Positions 38,504 to 49,082 of a DNA stretch of 64,000 nucleotides are shown here, one piece after another. The DNA comes from Kiritimatiellia bacterium (GTDB lineage Bacteria; Verrucomicrobiota; Kiritimatiellia; JAAZAB01), in the NCBI GenBank assembly GCA_040767085.1, contig JAXGPF010000007.1:160001-224000 (forward strand), given 5' to 3'. Under the pieces are notes generated by a model. The model had not been told where the DNA came from. It made no database searches and saw only the letters and a program-made list of their open reading frames with translations. Position 1 is the stretch's first letter; the number at the start of each line of letters is the position of its first letter. A program made the translations under genes and the position numbers.

Positions 38504-41092
38504 TCAATCGTCCGCCGGTTCAAGCGCCGGTCTTTCTGCTGCCAGTGGTTTACTTTCCACGCCGTTGTCAGGAATGCGCACCGCCCCCCAGATACCGCCT
38601 TCCAAAGCATACGAATGGACGAGCACCGCGATCAAATTCGACGCGCCCGGAGGATTCAGATGTGGTTTGGCAATTTCCACGGTAAACGGCTTATTCCAGA
38701 TGGAATAGCCCTGCTGCTCCGAAACAAGTGTGTGTTCCTTCAGCAGCCGGCCGTTCACAAACACCCAGGCCTGTTCATCCACGCCTTCAAACTTCACGGC
38801 CAGGTTGCGCTCCTCGATGTCGGCGGGGGTTTTGAAATCAGCGCGATACCAACCGTATCCCTGATAATCTCCCACCCAGGTTGCGGACCAAAATGCCGGA
38901 ACCTTGATGGTCAGCCAATCCTGGTCGTCAAAATCCTTCCCATACCATCCCAGGCTCAAGCCAATGCCGCCCGGATCTTTGCAGAACCGCCACGCGCCGT
39001 CAGGGAAATTGGCGGCAACGGGTGGCGGCGCCTCCAGTGCCTTACGCGCGGCGCTGCGCAGCTTGACACATTCGCCGTGTTCGGCCAGTTCCTGCATGCG
39101 CCGGGTAACAGCCGCATTGCTGCGCGCCACCCAGTCGGCGACGGCCTCGATCCCCGCCAGTCCCCATGTATCGCCGCTCAGGCTGCCCTCAATGGCCCGC
39201 TGATCAACCAGATGGGGATCCTCGGCCGCGATGGCCAGCGCCAGCCGGTTGCGCTGTTCGGCCGCCGCCCGGGCGCGCACCGCATCCTCCAGGATCGCCA
39301 GCGCCTCCGCTTCAGAGGCGGGGGGATCGGCTTTCAAGATTTTCCGATGCTGCTGGAATGCGGCGGTCGAAGCTTCATAAAATTCGAAGGCCCGCATGAT
39401 CATCGCGGCCCGTGCGGCTTGTTCTCTGGTCTCGACCAGTTGCATGACCTGGCCGAGCAATTCCCGGCTGCGGACAATGTATTCCGGATTGACATCCTCG
39501 AGATACCCGGGATGATTGAAGGCCATGTATATCCTGGGTCGGAGCGGGAACCAGCCGGACTTCAAAATGTCCCTGGTCCAGAATTTTTCCCAGAGATCGT
39601 AATATTGCGCCAGGCAAGGCGCGGCTTTCGGGCCGACAGCCCGCGCATACCATTCCGACAGCAATTTGTCCACGTCCTGGCGGGGATTCCACCAAAGCTT
39701 CAGATGAACATAGAGCTTGGGTCCCTCGCCCCAGTTGGGAAATGCTTCCGCGCAATGCGCCTTGACGCCGGCATCGGCCGCAAACCTCAAATATTCGCCT
39801 GCCAGCCGCGGATAAACGCGCGGCAATTGATAAAAAGAGCCGTAGATATAATCATACCAGCCGAAATTTTCGGATGCCTTTGCCCAGGCGCGGGCCATGG
39901 CTTTATCCGCTTCCGCGAAGTCCGGCTTAACCCAGAACATGCGTTCATGGCAATCGAACATTACCAGCCGGGGATGGACCTTGACGTGTTTAGGGGGATT
40001 GGTAACTTCCCGGTAGGCGATCGCGCCGAACCACTTGCCGGGATGGCGTTGGAGCACGCCGTCGATCACGAGGCCCGCCCAGGCGTGGTAGAGATCGGAG
40101 TAATCGGCGTAGAGATCGAACCGGCTATTTTCACGGGGAACGCGCGCCAGGCACTTTTCGCATTGACAGAAGCCGCCCCGGTCGTTGACCCCCAGGGAAT
40201 ACGATGTGGCATCGGGATTTTTGTCAAAATACTCCGATATGTTTTTTACCGCTTCGTCCACCGATCCCGTGGCGGAAAAACAAGGTTGCCAGCCGGGTTC
40301 CGCGTGCGGCGGATATGGGGGCGTGGTCTGCCGTTTGCCGTTGAGGACCGGGTAGAACTCCGGGTGCGCGGCGGCGTATTTTTCCATCGGGAGAACCTGG
40401 TAAAGATTATGGGAAAAGCTGATTCTGGAATGGACGCGGTTAAAACGCAGCCAATCGGCCTGCTCCCGGTTCCATCCGCCCTGTCCCTTGCGCCGGTCCC
40501 TTTTCGGGTTCATGTGCCTTGAAAAAAACACCGGCTGGTCCATGACCGCGCCGCCGGGAATGACCAGACTGTCGCGCCGCGGCACATCGGTGCCATGCGC
40601 GCCGGGCATCAGCCAGCGCACTCCCAGGTAGCGCTCCAGGAATTCATAAATCCCGAATTCCGTGCCCCAGGCCGTGGGGCCGGCAATCGTTATGCTGCGC
40701 GGCGGGCGCACCGCAATCACGAATCCATCGCCATCAAAACCCGCGGGAAGCAGCGCCGCCGTATCGGCCAGGAACTTTTGCCCAACCTTGATGGTTGCCC
40801 CGTCAAACGGGGCCGCCGCAGCGTTGGTCACCAGTGGGATATCGGCGCCGGTGGCCTGGGCAATGAATTCGCTGAGCGTCCTGGCCGCCGCGCGTTCCTG
40901 CCCGTCGGCTTCGCCGGCAATGGCAATCCGCGCGCGAGCCTGACCGTTGCGCACCAGTTCCACTCCCGCTTCCTGGCCGTGGATTATGCCATGGGCACAA
41001 CAGAACAGCGCGATGCCGATGCGCAGGCCGGCCAACCGTGCGTGCCGCGCGACGGTTGCAAACGGCGCGTTTGGGGCATGTTTGAATTGCAT
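38504..41092 (-). CDS. Secreted DUF4838-type protein with C-terminal GH2-N-like sugar-binding domain
   Basis: GTEFGIYEFLERYLGVRWLMPG, HPEFY, QPCFS, SLGVNDRGGFCQCEKC; C-terminal GYGWYR..F, FEGVDEQAWVFVNG. Confidence 0.8.
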   Translation of the reverse strand: MQFKHAPNAPFATVARHARLAGLRIGIALFCCAHGIIHGQEAGVELVRNGQARARIAIAGEADGQERAAARTLSEFIAQATGADIPLVTNAAAAPFDGATIKVGQKFLADTAALLPAGFDGDGFVIAVRPPRSITIAGPTAWGTEFGIYEFLERYLGVRWLMPGAHGTDVPRRDSLVIPGGAVMDQPVFFSRHMNPKRDRRKGQGGWNREQADWLRFNRVHSRISFSHNLYQVLPMEKYAAAHPEFYPVLNGKRQTTPPYPPHAEPGWQPCFSATGSVDEAVKNISEYFDKNPDATSYSLGVNDRGGFCQCEKCLARVPRENSRFDLYADYSDLYHAWAGLVIDGVLQRHPGKWFGAIAYREVTNPPKHVKVHPRLVMFDCHERMFWVKPDFAEADKAMARAWAKASENFGWYDYIYGSFYQLPRVYPRLAGEYLRFAADAGVKAHCAEAFPNWGEGPKLYVHLKLWWNPRQDVDKLLSEWYARAVGPKAAPCLAQYYDLWEKFWTRDILKSGWFPLRPRIYMAFNHPGYLEDVNPEYIVRSRELLGQVMQLVETREQAARAAMIMRAFEFYEASTAAFQQHRKILKADPPASEAEALAILEDAVRARAAAEQRNRLALAIAAEDPHLVDQRAIEGSLSGDTWGLAGIEAVADWVARSNAAVTRRMQELAEHGECVKLRSAARKALEAPPPVAANFPDGAWRFCKDPGGIGLSLGWYGKDFDDQDWLTIKVPAFWSATWVGDYQGYGWYRADFKTPADIEERNLAVKFEGVDEQAWVFVNGRLLKEHTLVSEQQGYSIWNKPFTVEIAKPHLNPPGASNLIAVLVHSYALEGGIWGAVRIPDNGVESKPLAAERPALEPADD

Positions 41093-41151
41093 TGCTGATT
41101 ACTCCGTTTTCCGTTTGATCGATCCGCTCAATGCGAATCGCAACATAATAA

Positions 41152-42813
41152 TTACCGCACGGTCATTATCGTGCCGGAATACATCCACTTGCCGGCGCCG
41201 CTATCCCAACCATCATAGGCGCCGCCCTGCCATACGTCGCTCTGTGAGGCGCAGTTGTCATAAGTGATCCCGGAAGGCGCCGTACGCACAGCGCGTCCGC
41301 CGTAGTCTTCCCTGCGAGTCGAGTCCCAGTAGGCGGTAAGCTCGCGGGACGAAACGCGCGTCCGCGTTGTGGCGCTGCCCCATCCTCCAGCGCGAGATCC
41401 CATGCCGTATGTGTCGGCGTTGGGCCAGTCCGGCAGATCCGAGTGGCCGTTGATATCCAAATTTCCATCGCCATGCGAACCCGTGAATTTCCGGCCGTTG
41501 GGGTGCCCAACCGTCAATGCGCGTTCAAAAACATTGCCGCTGAGTTCCATGATCCCCCAGTAACTGGCGCCCGCGCTTATACGGCTGGCGCCCGGCTTGG
41601 CCGCAAAAATACCCGCGCGCAAAACCCCGCCGGGGCCTGCCGTTCCCGTAATATTCAGATTGCCGTTCGTGTAATATTCGAATCCCGATCCGTCGTCGCC
41701 GACAAGCCCTGACATGTCGGTGGAGGTGGTTGTGCCATGCGCGTACTCGTCCGCCAGCGGCGCCTGCAGCCCGCGGCAGGCTTTTTCAAATTCCAGTTCC
41801 GTCATCGGCCGCAACGCCATCCAGTCCAGGATGGCGCATAGATCCGCCATGGAAATATAGTTGCAGGCGCGGTTGGGAGTGGCTGTTGCATATACACGGG
41901 GATACGGATCGCCTGGATCTGCGATCAATTGCACTGTGTTGCGGGCTTTGATCGTCGCACTGCCGCCCACGGTGTCAGCCATGTAGTAGTTCAGGTTGGT
42001 TGCGGTGCAGCGCATCCCCTGCTGGCGGCGGGTTAGCGTATTGAGGAAATCGGCGTATTGTCCCTGCGTGATCTCGTATTTCATGCAATAGAATGCCGCG
42101 TAACCCTTGGGAAAAGCGGCCGGGAGATTCGTGCTGACGGTATCGTTGAAATCGTCCCGTCTGGACGCGTTCATGCCTGTCGCATTATTGTTCCCGAGAC
42201 TGCCGGGCGCGCCGCCGCCGAGGGTGATTTCGTATGCCTCGTTGGTGATCGCAAACGGCAAACCGCTGGTGTCCGCCTCGAATTGGCCGTGCAGCGTGGC
42301 GCTGGTGCCGTCGCCCACGGTATTCGTCCCCTCCGCCACAAACACCATCTCCACGCCATATGCCTGCCACTCGGCATTCTGGACGTTTTCCATGCCGTTG
42401 GATGCAAAATTCCATACCGCCCTGACGTGCCGCGCGGCCGTGGTGCCGCTTCCATGCCCCGCGCGGCGTACGAATAGACCGCTCCGGTCTTCCGGGACGA
42501 TCAATTCGACCGGCGTCCCTGACCCGGCGGCGTAACCGTCGGGGTTGACTCCCGTGCCCTCCAGGATGACGTGCTGCCAGTTTGTCAGCGGAGCAGGCCG
42601 CACCTTGAAGAACACCCAAGCCGCGTCATGGTTGAAGTTCGTGTCGCGCCATGAATTTTCCCAGGCAATGTCGAAATGAATATAGACCGTGCTGCTGTCC
42701 CGTGCGGTCGCCTTCACGTTGGATATTTGCAGGTTATTCGCCTGAATATTGCCCGCTGCCAGCAAGCAGAGGGCCGCCGCACCCAGTCTCTGGAACCATG
42801 CTTGTTTGCGCAT
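41152..42813 (-). CDS. Secreted SUMF1/FGE-sulfatase-domain protein
   Basis: Signal peptide, NNLQISNV, FYCMKYEITQGQY..FLN, RPMTELEFEKACR, GIMELSGNVFE, GGRAVR; ends GTIMTVR. Confidence 0.85.
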   Translation of the reverse strand: MRKQAWFQRLGAAALCLLAAGNIQANNLQISNVKATARDSSTVYIHFDIAWENSWRDTNFNHDAAWVFFKVRPAPLTNWQHVILEGTGVNPDGYAAGSGTPVELIVPEDRSGLFVRRAGHGSGTTAARHVRAVWNFASNGMENVQNAEWQAYGVEMVFVAEGTNTVGDGTSATLHGQFEADTSGLPFAITNEAYEITLGGGAPGSLGNNNATGMNASRRDDFNDTVSTNLPAAFPKGYAAFYCMKYEITQGQYADFLNTLTRRQQGMRCTATNLNYYMADTVGGSATIKARNTVQLIADPGDPYPRVYATATPNRACNYISMADLCAILDWMALRPMTELEFEKACRGLQAPLADEYAHGTTTSTDMSGLVGDDGSGFEYYTNGNLNITGTAGPGGVLRAGIFAAKPGASRISAGASYWGIMELSGNVFERALTVGHPNGRKFTGSHGDGNLDINGHSDLPDWPNADTYGMGSRAGGWGSATTRTRVSSRELTAYWDSTRREDYGGRAVRTAPSGITYDNCASQSDVWQGGAYDGWDSGAGKWMYSGTIMTVR

Positions 42814-42986
42814 CTTGGCACCGCCTTTCCTGGTTTTTGTGACTTGCGACATAACGTATGGCTGTTATTGATTTAACACCCAAAATATATATAAATAATG
42901 CTGTTCGTAACAAGTCAAGTGTCCGCTTTTTGTAACAAGTGATCTGTCCGATTTGTTATTGTGTGTTGTTGCTCCTGGGGTGAGGA

Positions 42987-43012
42987 TTTTCCTCCCCCGC
43001 GGGGGAGGAAAA
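42987..43012. terminator. Palindromic terminator-like hairpin after the transposase stop
   Basis: Perfect palindrome TTTTCCTCCCCCGCGGGGGAGGAAAA. Confidence 0.6.
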
Positions 43013-43015
43013 AGT

Positions 43016-44200
43016 TTATGCGACGTCCTCCAGCGACGCCGAAATGTTCAACGGTCCTTGGTAGCGGCCAACCACATGCGGGCCATAACGGATGGACACC
43101 GTGCCATCGAGGTGCTCGCAGACTTTAACCCGGCACTTGGCGAAGCTGAAACGCCATTTTGATGGTCCAATCTGCAAGCGGCGACTCCCGACAGCCACGG
43201 TATTGTCATTTTGAACCTCTCGCGCATGCTGCACACAGAAAATGCTGTCCAAATCCTGCTCACCGCAAGGCACGAAACACGTTCCTGTTTCCCGCGCCTT
43301 CACCTTCATGTTGCGATTGAAGGAAGGCAGAAACTGTTGTTGAATATAGACGTTGGCCTCGGCCATCGTCCGGATTCCCGCCTGCCTTAATTCCTGCGGC
43401 AGGCGCCCTTGCCAGGTCTTAAACATCCGCTCTATTCGCCCACGTCCCTGGGGGCTATAGCTCGGAATATGTTCGATCCCCAACTGTTGCAACGCCCGTC
43501 CAATTTGCGTCAATTGACGCCGGTCCACCGCCCCGCCTTCTTTGGGCGTATAAAAGAAATGACTGCCACGATCCGTGTACAGACTGCAGAAAACCCCATG
43601 TTTAATAATGACTTCTTTCAACCCCTTCATCACCGTTAATGTCCCTTCCTGGGGCACAAGATAGGCCGTGTAGACTTCGCTGGTGGCATCGTCCATCACC
43701 AGGATCAGATCCTGCTTCTGGCCCGCCAGCAGGGGCAACCAGGCATGGGTGCTGCCATCCACCATCAACATCATCCCCGCCATTGGTCGCCGTTCCCGCT
43801 GCTGCCGATGCGGCCCTCGTTTCCGGGCCTTCGCCACCAACCCGGCCGTCTGCAAGGCGCTCTTGACCCACTGATAACTGAGCTCGATCCCATGCTCCGC
43901 CTGCAGCTTCTCGTGAAAATGCCTCACATTGAAATCCATGTATTCTTCTCGGTACAACCTCAGCACCTGCTTCACCGTCGCAAGGGGCACGCGCCGCGGC
44001 CCCGGTATCTTCCGCCGACGATCCAGCAGCCCGTCGTAACCATACCGCTCGTAGCGCCCTTTCCAGCGCCGCATGGTCCGGTAGCTCACACCTAGTATCT
44101 CCGCCGCCTCCCACCACATTAACCGCCCTTCAATCGCACGCAAGATCACTTCCTGTACCTTCATTGCCCGCTCCAGTGCTGCCTTCGGATATTCATCCAT
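43016..44200 (-). CDS. DDE transposase
   Basis: HTH EAAEILGVSYRT.RRW, VDGSTHAW, YTDRGSHF, SPQGRGRIER. Confidence 0.95.
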   Translation of the reverse strand: MDEYPKAALERAMKVQEVILRAIEGRLMWWEAAEILGVSYRTMRRWKGRYERYGYDGLLDRRRKIPGPRRVPLATVKQVLRLYREEYMDFNVRHFHEKLQAEHGIELSYQWVKSALQTAGLVAKARKRGPHRQQRERRPMAGMMLMVDGSTHAWLPLLAGQKQDLILVMDDATSEVYTAYLVPQEGTLTVMKGLKEVIIKHGVFCSLYTDRGSHFFYTPKEGGAVDRRQLTQIGRALQQLGIEHIPSYSPQGRGRIERMFKTWQGRLPQELRQAGIRTMAEANVYIQQQFLPSFNRNMKVKARETGTCFVPCGEQDLDSIFCVQHAREVQNDNTVAVGSRRLQIGPSKWRFSFAKCRVKVCEHLDGTVSIRYGPHVVGRYQGPLNISASLEDVA

Positions 44201-44384
44201 ATAACCCCCCTTTGAATGCACCATCCTGACAGCTTTAAGCGGACAAATCATTTGTTAATTATGCGGCCAAGTCATTTGTTTACGACAATATATATAAATA
44301 ATGCTTGTTTTTTCCAGATTAAACGGTTATTGAAAATATGCAATTAATTATGTTTTTTACGCATACGCCAGTTGCCGGTGCAAG

Positions 44385-45284
44385 ATGTCAAACCGACACC
44401 CGATGCAAAAAACGATGCGCCTGCTGGACTGGTCCAGTCTTCAGGCCTATCTGATCTGGGCTTATGTCGGGTTGCCGGGGGGCAGCGGCATAATCCAAAA
44501 CCAGGATGATTTTCGCGCCTGGCTGTTGCGAAAGGGACAGGTGCGCGTTACCGTCGGCCGGCAAAATACCGTGGCAACGGTAGGACAATGGATCATTCCG
44601 GCGCATGGAACGCTGCACTATGAATTCTCACCGGACGCCCGCGTCATTTCGATTCGCTTCCGCGCCGCATGGCCGGACGGTCAACACCTGATTGACGCGC
44701 GATCCCACACGCTGCTGGACGCCCGGCGTTTTCCCGCGCTGGAAACAACCGCCAAAGCCATGGCGCGCATCGTGAGCACCCTTTTCCCCGCCACGGGGTC
44801 GCGCCTGTTGCGCGAATGCACGGACTACCATACCTATCTTGGACTGCAGCGGGGAATGACCGACTGGCTTGAGGCGCTCATCTCCGCCTTGGAACCGTCA
44901 GACAAGCTGGTCTTTCCGCCCGTGCAGGTGGTGGATGACCGCGTTCTGGCCGCCGCTCAGTGCATGGATCGCTTGCCGTTGGATCAGGAGCAGCCGATAA
45001 GCATGGCGGCTGAAAGCGCCGGGTTGAGCCTCAGCCAGCTTGACCGCCTGTTTGCGCGCCACCTGCGCTTAACGCCGCGCCGGTATTTCGATCAGAGACG
45101 TCTACGCCATGCGAGCGACATACTGGAACATACGAACCGCCCGATCAAAGAACTGGCCTATGAACTCGGGTTTTGCCACCCATCCGCCTTCACGGTCTGG
45201 TTCCAAAAACAAAAGGGATTTACACCGCGTGCTTACCGGATCCGGCTTAAAGCCCGGCATCCTGCCGCCGAACCGGCGGGATGA
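44385..45284 (+). CDS. AraC-family transcriptional regulator
   Basis: AESAGLSLSQLDRLF...TPRRYF..RRL..A..L...IKELAYELGF...SAF..WF....GFTPRAYR. Confidence 0.93.
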   Translation: MSNRHPMQKTMRLLDWSSLQAYLIWAYVGLPGGSGIIQNQDDFRAWLLRKGQVRVTVGRQNTVATVGQWIIPAHGTLHYEFSPDARVISIRFRAAWPDGQHLIDARSHTLLDARRFPALETTAKAMARIVSTLFPATGSRLLRECTDYHTYLGLQRGMTDWLEALISALEPSDKLVFPPVQVVDDRVLAAAQCMDRLPLDQEQPISMAAESAGLSLSQLDRLFARHLRLTPRRYFDQRRLRHASDILEHTNRPIKELAYELGFCHPSAFTVWFQKQKGFTPRAYRIRLKARHPAAEPAG

Positions 45285-45295
45285 TGCGAAGACGG

Positions 45296-46450
45296 TCAGG
45301 GCACATGCCAATCGGCGGGGCCAACCGCCACCGGCAGCCCCAGCCGGACGGATTGCAGGATTTTCAACGCCAGGCGCGTGACCGGCACAGCCGATTCCAC
45401 GCCGCAGGGATTCTCACCATGGCCTTCGAGGTGGGCCAGGAACCGGTCCAGGTGCCGGGCATGGCCCTTGTCCACGTTCAGCCAGCGCGCCGGCCGGTTT
45501 GCGGCGGCGGCGGCGGCGCGTTCCTGTTGCAGGCTCTGCATGTAACCGGCCATGCCCGCCCCCGCCGCCCATTCGCAGCCGGCGGCATACGGAAACGTTT
45601 TCAAGCAGGCTTCATCCGCCAGGCCGCATTGGCGCACCTCGAGATGCTGGTCCATCGCGATGGTCGTGTTGCGGCAAGTAGCTTCCAGCAATTCCTTGGG
45701 ATAATCGAAATGGCCGACCATGGTATGCTGCAGCGTGGTCAGCGAGCCGTCGTCGAACCGGATGACGATGGCGAAATTGCCGCGGGGCGAGCCTTCCGCA
45801 AACACCCGCGCGGGATGGCCGGGATTGAACCACAGCGCCAGGTCAATGAAATGCACCATCTCCGCGAAAATAATGCCGGCTTCATCCCTGAAAATCCAGT
45901 CTTTCCAACTGCGCGCGTCATCGTTGATCCGCATCAGCAGTTGCAGCCCGGCCTCTTCGGGTATCCGGTCGCGGCGGGGATTGCGATCGACGGTCGGACG
46001 GGCGCCGTCGGTAACGCGCGCCTTGTCCAGCAAGCGCTTGACTTCCAGGATGGCCGGGCTGGAACGCCGGTTATGGCCGACGCATACCGGCACGCCGGTG
46101 CGGCGCGCCGCCCGCGCAATTTCCAGCATCTCGGGAATTTCCCCGGCCAGGGGCTTCTCGGTGTAAACCGGCTTGCCGGCCTCCAGCGCCGGCAGGATGA
46201 AGCCGCCGCGCAAGTTGGTATGCGTGGCCAGGATGCACAGGTCCACATCGGGCGCCGCGATGACCTTGCGCCAATCGGTTTCCGCGCGGCGCGCACCGAA
46301 TTGCGCGCGGCATTGCGCGGCGTTTTCAGCGTCAAGATCGCAGGTTGCGATCAATTCCACGCGCGGATTGGCCGCACAATTCGGCAGATGCACCAGTTTC
46401 GCCAGCGCGCCGCAGCCCACTACCGCCACCCGGTGTTTTTTGCTTTTCAT
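45296..46450 (-). CDS. Gfo/Idh/MocA oxidoreductase
   Basis: VAVVGCGALA, GKPVYTEKPLA, VGHNRR, EMVHFID. Confidence 0.92.
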   Translation of the reverse strand: MKSKKHRVAVVGCGALAKLVHLPNCAANPRVELIATCDLDAENAAQCRAQFGARRAETDWRKVIAAPDVDLCILATHTNLRGGFILPALEAGKPVYTEKPLAGEIPEMLEIARAARRTGVPVCVGHNRRSSPAILEVKRLLDKARVTDGARPTVDRNPRRDRIPEEAGLQLLMRINDDARSWKDWIFRDEAGIIFAEMVHFIDLALWFNPGHPARVFAEGSPRGNFAIVIRFDDGSLTTLQHTMVGHFDYPKELLEATCRNTTIAMDQHLEVRQCGLADEACLKTFPYAAGCEWAAGAGMAGYMQSLQQERAAAAAANRPARWLNVDKGHARHLDRFLAHLEGHGENPCGVESAVPVTRLALKILQSVRLGLPVAVGPADWHVP

Positions 46451-46936
46451 AAATTGACTGGAGCGCATCCAGCGCTCGATATGTCCCGGCAATAACGCCA
46501 CCGCCAATGTTCCGCCCCGTGGCAGATAAATCACCCAACCGCGACAAACAGTATTCCGGGATGAGAAAAAGTCAAATTATTTTCTATATACCGGAATTTT
46601 GCACCGCGCATGTTTGGCGCACGGCGCGGCGCAAGGGTTGCCGCTGTATAAGGATATCCCGCCAATCGGGACCCCGAGCAACAAAGCCCGCCGCCAAAAA
46701 CTTGTCCGCCATAGCCGGACGACGGCGGATCGCACGGCCGGCGGCCGGAGGATATGGGCATTTCCGGAAATCATGCTAGTATAACCACATGGTTGACAAC
46801 CAATAACCGTGCAATATCCAGAAAAATCATTGCAACAATAATTTTCTTGAAAAATTCAGGCGCCTGCCGCCATAATTGACAGCCACAGCCATCTGACCGC
46901 GCAACCGGCGATGATACGACGGCTGATGGGGCAAGC

Positions 46937-47098
46937 ATGACATGTATCGGCATGGTTAACATAGACACATCCCACCCGGAAGTTTTCGGTGAATACCAGG
47001 CACGAACAGGCCGGGCGCGTCTCACGCGCCGCGGGCGGACACCCCGCGCATATCAGAGAATTAACCGGCGGCAGCGGCCCGGCAAAATTTATCTTTAA
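46937..47098 (+). pseudogene. Stub of a Gfo/Idh/MocA-type oxidoreductase
   Basis: 53-aa ORF beginning MTCIGMVNIDTSHPEVF, the DTSH-type Rossmann N-terminus, with the rest missing. Confidence 0.6.
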
Positions 47099-47102
47099 AT
47101 AT

Positions 47103-48890
47103 ATGATTTCCATCGAGCAAAAAGTCAGGCAATCAACCACCCGCGGGAACGGGACCGCCGTTACCGATGTCAGCGCAATATTACGCCGCGGCCTCGATCA
47201 TGCCGAACGCATTGTGCGAAATGCCGTCAACTGGCAGGATCAAAACGGACGGATTATTGATCCCTACGAACAAAAGGAAACCAACACCGTCACCGCGCGT
47301 TTCCTCGGCGCGCTGGGATTGCAGATTCAACATGGCCGGTGCCTGGATTTGATTCCATCCTGTGCCGCGGCGCTTACGCCCGCGCTGGAGGATTTATTTC
47401 ACAAACGCGCCAGGGATTGGGGTGAATTTATTGTCAAAGAGGCTTTCATGGCCTATATTGCCTTGAAAGGGAAGGTGCCGCGGGCTCAGTACGACCAATG
47501 GACGCATCTGTTGGCCGATTACGATCCCGAAACGACCTATGGACATACCTGGACAAACACACCCGACCCGGCAGCGATGCACAATTACGTCACCTTCGGC
47601 ATTGCCGGGGAGGCATTGAAAAAGAAGTTCGGCTTGGCGGATCATACCGCCTTCATGGACAAATACATAGCGCAGCAACTTGACCGTTGCGATGAAAACG
47701 GCATGTATAATGATCCGCACTCGCCCCTGGTTTACGATGTCACGCCGCGGATGAACCTCAGCATCGCCATGTGGGCCGGGTATGATGGAACGCAACATGA
47801 AAACTTGAGCGAAACACTGAAACGCGGCGGCCTGTCCCAACTGCTGTATCAATCTTCCACCGGCGAGTTCCCATTTGGCGGCCGCAGCAATCAGCAGAAT
47901 TTCGTGGAAGTGTCTTTCGCGATCGTGTGCCTGTTCGAGGCGCGGCGCTGGGCCGGCATGGGCGATATGCTCATGGCCGGCGCATTCATGCGCGCCGCCG
48001 GCCTGGCCTTGCGCGCGATCGAAAAATACCTGCGCCATTCACCCATATATTTCAACAAGAACCTGTTTCCACCGGAAACACAGCATGGCCGGCAGCGCAG
48101 CTACGGGTTTTACGGCGCTTATTCCTTGCTGATCGCCAGCCAGATCGGTTTCGCCAGCCTGATGGCCGACGAGACGATTGCGTCAATGGCATGTCCCGCA
48201 GAACGCGGCGGCTACGTGTTCATACCCACAGCCTCCTTCCACAAGATATTCGCCAACTGCGGCGGGACGCATCTTGAAATTGACACAAATGCTGATTTCA
48301 AATACGACGCCACGGGGCTGGGACGCGTCCATTTCCGCGGGTGTCCGGCGGAACTTTGCCTATCCTCACCTATTACCGCGACGCCGGGATATTTAACCTG
48401 TGTGCCGCCCGCCCCGGAAAATATCGTCATCGGGCCGGGCCGGCAGGGACATTGGCTGGCCGGGTGGAATGGTGAACAATTGCGGACGACCGTCCGCGTA
48501 ACGGCGGCAACCCCGGAGCGCGTGGCGTTCAGCGTGGAATATGAACATGCCGGCGACGTGATTTGCGAGTCGTATGAATTATTGCCCGGCGCCTTAAATC
48601 TGCAAATTGATCAGCAAACGGATTTGCCGCTTGAATTCCGCATGCCGTTGCTGAAGACCGATGGCGCCGAAATCGCCGAAACCACGGCGCTGGCCCATGG
48701 CTTTGAAGTGGTTTACAGGGGATGCGTCTGTAAAATAGAGTGCCTTACGCCCGACACAAACATCCGCCTGGAAGAATTCGAGGCGCCCAATCGCAACGGG
48801 ATTTACAATGTCGCCAGGTTTTCCACCGCCGGCCGCCGCCTGCAATTCCATATCTCCGCGCGTCAACTGCGGCCGGTTCAGCAGGCATGA
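47103..48890 (+). CDS. Hypothetical protein, probable alpha/alpha-toroid carbohydrate-active fold
   Basis: Long ORF; helical N-terminal half (WQDQNGRIIDPY, GMYNDP, GGRSNQ) and beta-rich C-terminal half. Confidence 0.75.
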   Translation: MISIEQKVRQSTTRGNGTAVTDVSAILRRGLDHAERIVRNAVNWQDQNGRIIDPYEQKETNTVTARFLGALGLQIQHGRCLDLIPSCAAALTPALEDLFHKRARDWGEFIVKEAFMAYIALKGKVPRAQYDQWTHLLADYDPETTYGHTWTNTPDPAAMHNYVTFGIAGEALKKKFGLADHTAFMDKYIAQQLDRCDENGMYNDPHSPLVYDVTPRMNLSIAMWAGYDGTQHENLSETLKRGGLSQLLYQSSTGEFPFGGRSNQQNFVEVSFAIVCLFEARRWAGMGDMLMAGAFMRAAGLALRAIEKYLRHSPIYFNKNLFPPETQHGRQRSYGFYGAYSLLIASQIGFASLMADETIASMACPAERGGYVFIPTASFHKIFANCGGTHLEIDTNADFKYDATGLGRVHFRGCPAELCLSSPITATPGYLTCVPPAPENIVIGPGRQGHWLAGWNGEQLRTTVRVTAATPERVAFSVEYEHAGDVICESYELLPGALNLQIDQQTDLPLEFRMPLLKTDGAEIAETTALAHGFEVVYRGCVCKIECLTPDTNIRLEEFEAPNRNGIYNVARFSTAGRRLQFHISARQLRPVQQA

Positions 48891-49082
48891 GCATGGCAGG
48901 CGCCATGCTTCCTGCCTGGCCACAATTCAAGCAAAAGGCGGGACAGTCGCATCCGTGCAACTAACACCATGCGGGGCGGACTGTTCAGTGTTCTTGTCCT
49001 GACCGGCAGTTGATGTAATTTACCGGCCGGATTGTTGCGCGAAAAAAAGCCATCTTCACAACCATTCCCCGGAGATCGCGCA

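Larger units (their letters stand above)
42902..44287 (-). mobile_element. IS1202-like (ISNCY/IS481-related) insertion sequence, apparently intact
   Basis: TGT...ACA ends, imperfect IRs with subterminal repeats (TAACAAGTCAAGTGTCCG, TAACAAGTGATCTGTCCG / CGGACAAATCATTTGTTA, CGGCCAAGTCATTTGTTT), perfect 17-bp flanking direct repeat ATATATATAAATAATGC at 42885-42901 and 44288-44304. Confidence 0.92.

Noticed and set aside
46560-46930. Short ORF after GGAGG at ~46747 in the AT-rich divergent spacer
   Set aside because: No recognisable product or coding bias
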